Below, one piece after another: positions 39,101 to 50,573 of a stretch of 64,000 bases of DNA. The stretch is taken from positions 22,692,001 to 22,756,000 of the forward strand of contig OZ076415.1 in NCBI GenBank assembly GCA_964187785.1, read 5' to 3'. Below the pieces are notes generated by a model, which did not search any database, was not told where the DNA came from, and saw only the letters and a program-made list of their open reading frames with translations. Numbering within the stretch: position 1 is the stretch's first letter; every line of letters starts with the position of its first letter. The DNA comes from Amphiscolops sp. MND2022 (taxonomy: Eukaryota). The translations under genes and the position numbers were made by a program.

Positions 39101-39870
39101 CGAGTCGTAAAAGCAACAGTCCTTTTCCTATTAGAAACAAACACCTATTGTTCCGATGTTCTCACTGCCACAAACAATCCGAATGATTCTCACGTTTGAA
39201 GGTTACGATTGCTAATTCGGACAAATTGGTCATCATAGGCCATATAACAATTCGATGAGAAAAAAGATGAAAAATAATTACACTTTTAAACAAATTCCGT
39301 CGTCTACTTTCGCAAAATGCAACTTGCATTTCAAAAGTGGAAACATAAACATTAACTTTCATATCTGAGAACCTTTGCACCTCAAAGAATCCCAAAGTTT
39401 TTCACCAATTCGTTTGATATTGAAGACACTAAGATCAATGAATATTACCATTGATGTCATCAACCGAAACTATTTATAACCAGGAAAGACCGAATCTTAT
39501 CACAATCACAACGAGAACCTGAAAATTCAGTTGGCTCCAATTGGAAGTGAAACTAATTTTCTATCTTGACTCGAAAAATTCGGATTAATCAAAATCTCAG
39601 GAATTATTTTGCAAAAATTGCAAAGAAATTCAAGTGACCGAAAAATGTTTCAAAGATTATTATGCGCAAGAACATTCACATAAACTTTTGAGAACTGTAA
39701 ACTGAAAAGTGAAAATAATTGAACAATATGCGCTCATTCAATTATCTGGTTACAAAAATTCGACCCACAACAATAAGGGTTGACTAACTAGAGTTTTTAC
39801 AGTTTTTCTCCGTTCAAATTTCAAATCATCTCGGTTTCACTTCCATTTTGTGCAGGAAACCCGCAGAAGT

Positions 39871-42801
39871 ATGACATCATTCATCTCTTCGTGTGTTTTC
39901 TGGGTTCTGCTTGCTTCTCAGGTCGTGGATGTTCGCTCGGCTCTGTTTAATCGCAATCGAACTGACAGCCAACCAGAAAAGAGTCTCGTGAGTTCTTGAA
40001 AAAGCTAGCATTCACAAAAAATAGTTTTCTGTTGAGTCCGCTATGGAAACTAGATTCCAAATTTTGCACAAGGAAATCAAGATGTAGTTGGTATTTATGT
40101 ACGCCAAGAAATTTGAATAACTGAAATTATCTGATCATTTGAAAGCTAGAATAGGAAAAAAATTGTGTTTTCTAAATCTCAATTTATCTGCTGACTGCAG
40201 GCAGCAGAAAAATTGAGATTCAGAAGAATAAAATTTTTCCTGTCTTTTTCAATTGGATTTTTTGGTGTTTCCAGTTAGGGAAAAGGCGGTTTTCGAGTCT
40301 TACGGGACGTAAAAATTATTGTATCATCAGCATATTAGAAAGAAGGGTAAGATCAATTGAAAAGAGTCTTGAGAAAAACCTCTGATAAACTGATTGAAAT
40401 TGTATTTCCTCAATCAAACAACAAAAAGCAAACGTTTTTCGTAGAAAATGGAGCAACGGAAATAAATAATACCAAAAGTTAATCAAAGTTAATCATAAAA
40501 GAAACAATTAGTTCAGAACTTCAAGAACCCACTGTTGAAAACATTAGCTGGAGCTTCTTGATGGGGGTGCCACTGTGATTCAGTCGGATAAGGAGGAAGA
40601 GGAGTTGGAAAGTGAACCTCCCACAATCTACAATGGTAGAACTTCTCGAAGAGGCCAATTCCCTTTCGTGGTATCTCTCTTTGACTTTGTAGACAGTAAT
40701 AGCGCTTCATTCTGTGGGGCCAGCATCTACGATCGCAAACATGTGATCACAGGCATGTCGAAAATTCGCATCTTTACGTTGCAGTCAAGAGAGCCTATAT
40801 GTAACGTTTTTAATTGGAGCTTTTTAATGTCTCAGATTAAAATACTCACTTTTATCTTCTTTTCTCTCGAGGTAACATTTTTTTCTTCCATCTCGAATCC
40901 TCGGATCCCACACTCGGACGATGGCAACGAGTTTTCAACGACTTGACTACTTTTCAGTTTTTTGTAGCCTTCAACATCCCAGAAACCTCCTTATATGTGG
41001 TTGTCTTGTCTTGTTGAATTGGGTTCCAAACCGGTCGTTCGACAAAAAATTGAAAAGGTTGGTTGGTTTTAGGAATCAAGACAGGGAAAATGTTATCGTC
41101 AAAAACTTTTATTACTATTTTGAAATATACTTTTTCTTGGGTGAGAACCTTCTCTGGAAAGAACTGAGTAAAAATAAAAGATAGGTGGCGCACCATTCCA
41201 TACAATGACCATTTATTTTCATTGTGATATTTGTTGTTGATTCATGAATGCTTCAAAATTTTTCAACGTGCCTCTTGATCATCATAGCCGCTCATTGCGT
41301 TAAAAGAAGGAGACATCACATTAAACTGAGATTTGGCGATTGGGATCGGACGGAAAAGGAATCGGGAGAAGAAGAAAGGTGGGTCAAAAGCGTAACCATT
41401 CATCCCAACTACACGACCGGTAGTGGCAAAAGAAACTTGACATTCGACATTGCCATTTTGGAGCTGAAAGATCCAATTGATTTTTCCAAGTATATTCAAC
41501 CTCTTTGCTTCCCTACAAGGAGGCCCAAACCGAGGGAAAGGACGTTTGCGATTGGTTGGGGCGAGACTGAGCATACTGGAAACAATGCTTTTTTGCGATA
41601 CGCCATGGTACCCGTTATTGACCGCGAAAAATGCAACAAGTTTTGGGGTGGAGGAGTTTATAAAGGACAACTATGCGCGGGTTTCAAAGATGGGCATTCC
41701 AATATCTGCTTTGGTGACTCAGGGGGCCCGTTGGTACGACCAACGGATAATGGCTTTCAGTTGGTTGGAATAGCGTCGTGGATCAAGGCGTGTACCGAGG
41801 GGAGTAGCAACAAGAAGCTGGGAACGGCATAAGTAGGCGCACCGCTTAATGCTCAAAAAGAGCAAAATAAGCCAAAAGGGAGGTACTGTTTAGGCTTTAA
41901 AAGGCTTTTTTGCTTTCATTCTCAAAATAAATCAACCCTTTTCGCTTTTTTCTCACCAGGCGCATAAAAACGAGAATATTTCTGTGAAATAAAAGTTTCT
42001 CGAAAAAGTCACACAGTGCCGAAAAATCCAAAGGTGGGCATTTTTGTTTTTCAATGAAACTTGCCAACTTCACAACTTTAAATTGCCAACAAACTTTGGG
42101 TGAAAATTTCAAACAGCTTGAGAAAAGCTGAATACAACTTTTCACATTAAAGTTTCAGAAGGAGTTTTAGTGAACCTTAAAAATGTTATTGGCAACTTTA
42201 AAGAACATGCAAAAAGTTCAAGCAATTTGAACGATGGTATCTTTTTGATATCTTATTGTATTACTTTGAACCAACGTGTCTTGAAGTTCTTGAACCATTA
42301 TCTTGTTTTCTATAATTTCTAATTGCATGTGAAAAGTACAACCTCCATATTCATGTTAGCTTTTCAAAAACTTCGTCTTAAACTCATAATCACCGTTTTT
42401 GCCTCATTATACCGTTCTCGATGTCGCTTAAAAAGTTCGAAAAACTATGGCTTGTTCGTAAATCTTCATCGTTTGTTAACTGTTGAATGATCTGTAGCTT
42501 ATATATATTGCAGCTTTTGTGATTCAAAAATTTCGAATCTTAGGATATGAAATCAACCAAAGGTGATAAAAAACGATCAAATAATTTGAATTTGTTTCCT
42601 ATAAGTGAATTGTTGCGTCTTGAATGCTTCATTTGCTAAACCCCTGTATGTTATGAACTGAAGGGCCCTGGTGCGTACACTGATGCGTTTTACTATCGCA
42701 AATGGATCAAGAAAACAGCCGGAAAACCGGACTACCACAACTCAACAGTTAAATGTGCTAAGAAGTTCCAAGGTTTGGACGGGTGGGAAGACGAGTTCTG
42801 A
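39871..42801 (+). CDS. Secreted S1 (chymotrypsin-family) serine protease, ~323 aa (exons 39871-39987, 40548-40752, 41288-41799, 42664-42801)
   Basis: Signal peptide MTSFISSCVFWVLLASQVVDVRS; mature start IYNG; FCGAS; triad motifs TAAHC, FDIAIL and GDSGGP; PGAYT..WI. The exon 3 end is inferred from a non-canonical donor. Confidence 0.9.
41809..42050 (+). mobile_element. HINE-like element in protease intron 3
   Basis: aacaagaagctgggaacggcataagtaggcgcacc..gctcaaaaag parallels the 4057 start; contains aaagtcacacagtgccgaaaaa. Confidence 0.55.
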
Positions 42802-43480
42802 ACACGAACCAAGAAGATGGGCAGATTCGGCACCAACTGATGACAACTCCTAAGTCGAGTAGCAGAATCCCAAAAATGAACAATAATGGAAAAAATCTAA
42901 TTCCAGCTTCCAATGAAAATTTAATGATTAATTCTTGGCTTAATATTTATGATGAAACGTTGGATTTGATTTTTCTGAATATAATATAATCTTTTTCAAA
43001 AGATCCAGTTTTTAAATGAGTGATTCAGAATTATTTTATATTCAATGCACTTGATGTTATGATCAACTTTCTGGAAACGTAACTATTTGAAAAACTATTC
43101 ATAAATTTCAACCAAAAAATAACAAGACCTCAGTTATGCTGTCTTGAAAGTCTTCTTTACAAACTAAAGATGAAATTTTTGTTTCGCAACTACATAGTAT
43201 AGTGTTTTTCAGCTACTTAAAATGTTTCTTGATCCATCGAAATTGGTCCAATCCTAAAACTGATAACCGTGAATTATCCGGCAGAGTTTTATTCACATAC
43301 TCTCTGGGGAAAACAGGCGGAAAATCGACTGATTACTTGCCTGAAATTTCCGTAAAATTTGTTGAATATCAGTAGATTTAAATTGATGAATTTGAATTGG
43401 GAATTGCATTAATTTTGTGCGGAGCAGCACATAGTTTATAAATCTTCGCTCTATTAGCAGATAGAGCGTGAACAAAGTCT

Positions 43481-46400
43481 TCAGCGGCAAGAGCATTCAG
43501 TGATATTCCAGTGAACTATTTCTAGCGTGTAGAACAACCATTTTTTCACAGCTCCTTTTTTGTTCTTGCGTTTGTACAGGATAGTGCCATTTCCATATTG
43601 GGAAGGCACACACTCACTGCCGTCGTAATGGTGCAATGACACATTGGGACACCAGCCTTGACACTTCATGGTGGTGAAATACTCGGGAATGATGATGGAA
43701 ACGTCGTCTTCATCTTGCGATATATCCGCTATCATATAATTTGTGGGCAGTTTCAGAATTGCACCTGTAAAAGGCAATAACAGATCATGAAGTTTACTTA
43801 GGGTTAAATTTCTCGAATGCACCACAAAAGGGCCCGTTTTGAGCATAACAAAAGGGCCTACTTTTGAAGTGCAATAACATGGTCGATTCTAACAAAGTTG
43901 CCGATTATGAGAACGTAACACAAAAGCCGATTCAGAAGCGTACTAGAATGACCATTTAGAAGGGGCAGATTTTAACGAAATAATTCTCATTTTTATTGGC
44001 TGCATGACTCGGCCTTGCGCCTCTCCGGTCGGCCTTTGTCAAAACAAGTTGCCAGTCAAAAACTGACGCGTCGCTCCGCTCCTGCATCTAGGGCACTACA
44101 GGCGTGTCTCCTAGCTGATCAGGTCCTTTTGTTACGCTTCAGAAATTGGCCATTTTCTTACCCTTCAGAACAGGAAGTTTTGTCACAGTTGTCACACAAT
44201 CGGCCGTTATGTTACGTTTATTAAAAGGGCGTTTTTTTATCCTAATAATCGGCCATTTTGTGACGTCCCCAATTTCTGCCAAGTATTTCGGAAATCACTA
44301 CGTTTTTATTAACCCATATGGTATTCTGTTCAAACTATTCAAATAAATTACAATTGTGCTGTAGTCGTGAAACCGTTCGAAAAGACTTTGCGCTTTTGGC
44401 GTTTTTTGGCACTGTGCAATTTCTCCGAAACATTTTTCTTCATCAATTTCAGAATTCTTCGATAATTTCAATTTATCGCATCTTCGAAGAAGCGATAAAT
44501 TGAAATTATCGAAAAATTCTGAAATTGATGGTGAAAAATGTTACGAAGAAATTGCACAGTTCCAAAAACCCAAAAATGGTTTGGATGCCAAAAAATTTTC
44601 GATGCCGAAAACTTTGCAAAAAAGGCGAGTCAATAGTTTGCAAAGAAAAACTTTAGTCCTCAACAGATAAAACTGGCAGACGTTTGCTTGAGATTCGCGC
44701 ATAGCCAACGGCGGCTTGGACAAACTTCAACAATGTTGGAAAGTGGACCATTCGCATACATTCTGTTGCCTTACGAAAAAAACGAGTCACTGTAAAAAGT
44801 GGACACATTTCCTCGTCGACAAAATGCGTCGACTAAATTTGGAAATTTTTCGGTTTAACTTCATTACGATACATATCCCCGCAAGCAACTTCCCAGATCT
44901 CGCGACTTGCATTAATAACCAATCACAGTGAGTTATTATGATATATAGTTTTACACTTTTTCTCTTATTACACCAACATGGCCAGAAGTTCTGTTAAATG
45001 GTATTTATAATCACTAGAAAAACATTTTTTTTTGTTTTTGAACAATTGATGCTGTTTTCTTATGAAATGGCGGAAATTACCATTTCCGAGGAATGCTTGT
45101 TGAACGTTATATTTTTACAAATATACGAGTCTATCGCATCTGGCAAAGAAAAGGTTATTTGTCAGAAATGCAAAGCGATAGCTTCTTCATCGCTTCCTGC
45201 TTTCAATTGAGAACTATTTTTCTGAAAAGTGTTCAAATACTCATTTGAATTAATTGAATGTTATCCAGTTTTATTCAAATATCACGAATTTCATTATGGA
45301 AAGTGAAACATTTCCTCTCTCGTCCATTCTACAAGTATCATACTGCATGATGCCTGCCATCTACTTTTGCGGCTACTTTTGTTGAAAAAATGCCGGAAAT
45401 ATATATTTTTCTGATTACCACTAAATTTATCTGCTAGCATCATGAGTCTTTTCGCTTCTCTACAAGAATTTTTGATGTATAGAAAAAAAATTTAGTGTCA
45501 CATCTTGAGTATTTCGACAACTAAACCTGACGAAAAATGCCACAAATATACAGTTTTGAACAAATTTTTAGTTTTTTTCTCAAGTTTTCAAAACATATTA
45601 GCATGTTATTTGCGTAACTAATGTTTTGAAAGAAAATGTAAATATTTCAATGCCGGGTTGTATGTCACTTGAGAAATGGAATTTACTGTGGCAAATGTTA
45701 CACCTACAATTGAAACTAATCTAGTCGAGAAAAAGTAAGGACACAACTGAGCGTAATCTGCCATGTTATCCAAAAAAAACAAATTTAGTTTAACTGATTT
45801 ACATTTCGACAACTGTATTTAACGGAATACCGATTGTCGCCACACTATCATAAATTAGGTATAAATTAGGACGGTGAATTAAGTTCATACGAATTAGGTA
45901 AATAATTACTGTTTCCTGTATTTACTTTTGTTCCTCATACCACAGAAAAAGAACAAAAAAATCATTATTTGGAATAACTTTTGTAAATGATCCCTAAAAT
46001 GACATGTCAATGACAAAAAAAACCGAAAGCCATTATTCGGAATGAACAGCATGTAGTTCTCTACATTCTAACATTCATTTCTGTCATCAACAAAAACGAA
46101 TCATCACCCAGATTTGGAAAAAAGCTGTTCTTGCGAAGATGTTGCAAGAATATTGCAAAATCTTGAAAGAAAATGCATTTCCCTGTCAGATTGTCATGAG
46201 GAATAAATTTACATGGAAGATCTTTCAGTGAATGCATTAAATGCAAAAATAATGCGAGATCCTTGCAAACCTTTTGATCCCTCATCCCCGCAACTATTTT
46301 TTGAGAAATTAGTGAAAATATTTCTCTGAGAATAAAAAATATGAACCAAGCCAGAAACATACAATTCAAATTTAACTTCAAGGTGATAGTTTCAAACCCA

Positions 46401-47010
46401 GATATGAACTTTGTTCACGCTATTTTTCCCATGAAAGTCACGCATTCTTGGTGAGGAAATCAACCGCGTGAATTTTAGAGTCACAAAAAACATAATCACA
46501 GTCCAAGTGTGTGAAAAATGTTTCGTTCAAAGAACTATTCCAATAGAAGTTAACATCCTGTTATGGAAAAAGATTTCACTTTTAATCAGGCATGTTTCAA
46601 ACAAATTTGAAACTTGTGAACAAAAAAGAGACAAAAGAGAGACAAAGAGAAGGTTCACTAACCGCAGCAAGACGTATGCTCTCCACACGGAAGAACTTCA
46701 ACGAAGCGTTTGTGTTGTCTGACTATGTCCTCGAAATTATTGTCCCATTTTTCGGTCTCCGCTTTAGTCATACGCAGTTTGTTATAATCTTCAAATGCAA
46801 CCTTTTCCGTAGAGCCCGTCCAAATTTGGTTTTTGAGGTACGAATAGTGTGCTTCATCATAATCTGTTGAGCTTTTAGCATTGTTGCACCATACTTGAAG
46901 GCATATTGCGACGACTGAAACACAATATTAGTTTAAGCAGCTATCTTCTCATTACAAATAGGCATATTCGAGCGAAGTTTTCTGTCCATTTTTTAAAATT
47001 TACATCGCAT
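43481..47010 (-). CDS. Divergent TGF-beta/activin-like cystine-knot precursor, 180 aa (exons 47010-47004, 46914-46663, 43764-43481)
   Basis: Canonical GT-AG, phase-consistent joins give MRFVAICLQVWCNNAKS...RQHKR|FVEVLPCGEHTSCCGAILKLP...IIIPEYFTTMKCQGWCP...ECVPSQYGNGTILY...ITECSCR*. It has the C..CC, CxGxC, CVP and CxC TGF-beta pattern. Exon 1 (7 nt, caaacATG context) is the least certain. Confidence 0.85.
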
Positions 47011-50000
47011 GTTTGCCAGAAATTTCTAACAGAGCATCAAAACATCCGTTTTTTATGAAAACTCAACCAAAATTGTTGGATCTCAATCGATTGAGGCCCC
47101 TTTCAGCAACAAATTTTGTATTTCAGGTTAATTGATGATCAACTGTTAAAAAAACTTGAAAGGACACATCAGCTCAACCAGCCGGTTCCAATTGATATAT
47201 TGAAAAAAAATCGTATTTAGGCGTTGTTTTGTTCACATTTTTAAAACTAAACCTGCTCCAAAGCAGCACTTTTCAATCATGGTATTGTGAGCGAATTGGC
47301 AAAATCTGTAATGGTTAGAGCATGGTTGTAAGATGCTCGAAGTACGAAGAAATCATTTGAATTAATCCAGGATAATTTGAGCCCTAGAGTTGAATCAAAT
47401 TACCTCGGGCATCCTACAACGAAACTCTGTTTGACAGAGACCTCATAAGTGGCCTCACTATTGGGTTCTTCGTAGAAACAACGCCGCCTGGAACTTTCAA
47501 AAAATACACTCAATGTTTTCCAAAACTTTGTTTTGCGGAGTAATTTTCCTTCCATAGAACAAGTTTGCAACAAGACGCCCACTGACAAGCAAGATAGTTT
47601 CCGTCCAGACTGTTCTACGAATGACAAATTTTTGAGCCTCAAGAGTAGCCATTGCACTATGAAAACTCATAGAAATGTGATATTGACACTTTTTGAATAT
47701 TGTCATCCAATTTCAGAAGGAAACACTTCAAGAACACACTAAACACTTATTTGTTTCTTGTCGGCTTGTCTGGATACCAAAACCTAACCAATCTTTTTTA
47801 AATAACTTTCTGCGAAGTCGCCAAAAACGTCAAAACTTGGAACATTCTGCTTTTTCGACAAATTTCCGGTCATTTGAGGAACTTTTCTGAGAACCTGCAG
47901 ATGTCTTTTTGATAACGCCTATTGGGTACCGGGTCCAGTTGTTCTTGAATCATAAACATGCTTGAAAGGTTAACAAAAAAGTGTGAAAACATTTTGAAGA
48001 AGGAAAAATGAAGTCTCTCTTCATTTGAAATTGTTCTGACGAACGTTTTACATACAAAACTGTAATTAAAAAAACATTCTGCATGCCTCTTTGAGAATTT
48101 AGAGTTTTCGAAAACCACGAAATTTTGGTAGCTTCTAATAAAAGATCTCTAATTTGTCAAACAACTGCCATTTTTTTCGACTATTTCAGGGTCAAAATGA
48201 GGCTCTTTTTAAACATGAAATTGCAATTGACCTCAAAAAAGCCTACTGAATAACGCATTTGATCGCTGTTGAACGTCTTAGTCTTCCAACAAAGGAAACT
48301 TTTTTAAAAAGTTAGAACTTTGCATAAGAAACGTTGAATTTGGACTTTTTCGGCTCGTCAAGGTTGTTTTCGAAGTGTTTTTGAGCAAAACACATGCAGC
48401 TCTTTCTTCAAAAAAGCATACTGGAAAAGTAGTTTGTTCGTTTTCGAGTGTTTTGAACTTTCTTAGACACAAAAATTTTCAAAAATTGTACACAAATTGT
48501 AGGAAAAACGGAAAACGGGAAATATTTGGGTTTTGATATCCTGGGGTGAAATTGAGGCATATCTCTTTTGATAACTTGCATTTATATTTTCAAAAACCTC
48601 ATTGAACAAAACATTCGATAGTTAATTCAATGTTTCAGAGTTCTAAATTACGAAATCGGCTCATTTTTTTAATGGACTGAAACGTCAAAAATATTGAAGT
48701 TTTTTGACTTTTTGATTGTTCTGGGTTCATTTTGAGGCCGTTTCCGATTTTGAAAATGCAATTTTTTTTGCCTTTGTCTACTCTAGTTTGCGTTTGTTTG
48801 CTGTTGAACGTTTTGATTCTTCTAATATACGAAATTGACGAAATTTCCAACGAAAATCATTTCACGGAAAAGTTTCGGATTTTAGACTTTTTTGGATCAT
48901 TCTGAGGTAATGTTCTATCAAGAAACCCACAAAGTGTTCCTTCAAAAAGCGTACTACATAGCTTGATAAATCGTTTGGAGCGTTATGGCCATCTAGTTTA
49001 CAATAAGTTTTACAAGCAATCACTAAAATTGTCGAAAAAAGGAAACCTTCGAAATTGTCGGTATGAATTGAGACTTTTTTCGAACAAAAATCAGCAAATA
49101 CCTCCCACAGAAGCCTCCTGGATATCAACTGCATTTGTTGTTGAACCATTCTAACATTCTAACCATCGAAATGTTTCGAGAAGTTCACAGACTTTGCGCG
49201 AAAACTTTCAAAGTTTCAGTTTTTCCCTTGTAAACAAAATTCAAAGTATTTCTGAATTAAAACACTACTTTTCTCATCAAAAAAAGACAACACAATTCGC
49301 AGTTTATTGTTTTGATCCTTCTAATTTACAAAAATTCTCAAATGTTGTACACGAATGACATGAAAAAGGAACAAAAACTGGAAACTTCGGATTTTTCATC
49401 AAGTTGTGTGTCAAATTAAAGCACATGTTCATCGGAAACTGCCATTTATCCTTTCAAAAAGGTTACTTGTCAACACATTCAGTAGTTGTTGAACATTTTC
49501 AGAGTTCCAATTTGTGAAAACGTTGAAAATGTTACAAAAATTGCTTTGGAAAGTCAATTTTTTTCTGTAGTTAGGACGTTCTGACGCATTTCGGGTAATT
49601 GTGGCAATGTAATCCCATTTCGTTATAATAATTACCATTTCGTTTCCCAATTACCATTATAATACATGTGTTTGGGAGTTGAAACTTCACAGTGCGCGGA
49701 AGAAGTATTGAATGCAACTCATTAAAGCGCGTCAGAAAGCAAAAGGAATGGAACTGAGAACGCATTGTGAGTCGCTGTACTTGTAGCTATTAAGAACACG
49801 GCCGCCGCACACTTATCCCCTCCCGCAATGCAAAGTAAAAATCAAATCAAAACGCGATTTCTCGGAAAAGAAGATATCAACAAACGGTTTTCGGCATTCG
49901 ATAGCCCTTCCAATGGAAAGCTCAAGTTGAAAATATGAGCCCTGTGCAACAACAAGTAATTGGCCGGGTGGCTTTGAAAAGAAGTGCTTGTAAAATTTTG

Positions 50001-50573
50001 ACGACTTTTAAATTAAAAATTAAATTCCTTTGAAAAATTTGTGTGATCGCTATATTTGTCAAACTAGGTTCAATGATGATTGAAATTAAATAACATAAAA
50101 GAATTGCCTGACTTGTGTTGAATGGAAAATAATTAATATTCCGTAGTCTTTGAGATCTCAGCCAGCAAACGTTGAAAAAGCCCAAAACGGCCAAAGTAGC
50201 TGTTTTTCGCATATTATAGCCTGGAACTCCAAGTACAAGAGCCCAATAGCTGCCCTTTTTGCAGCGATTTGAGAATTGAAGTGAACGATTGAATGAAATA
50301 GCAAATAGCGGCGCGCTAGCGGGAAACCCCAAGATTTGAAAGTTGTGTTTTTATTTTGCCAAAGGGAACTTCAACTTCAAAAGGAACACCAAAATTTTAA
50401 CCCTTGGCACTTTTTGGTCAATCTCGAGCTAAAATTTTCAGGGTAGACGCACAAGGGTACTGCACACAGCGTTTAGCAGGAGCGTTTTTCCGAAAAGAGA
50501 TCTGGTTTTGAGATATCGACCTCTGAAATTGTAAGCCAGGTCACGAAAATTTGAAAAAAAGGACTGTTTCCAG

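Noticed and set aside
49922-50332. 136-aa minus-strand ORF as a gene
   Set aside because: No recognisable domain, signal peptide or splice support.
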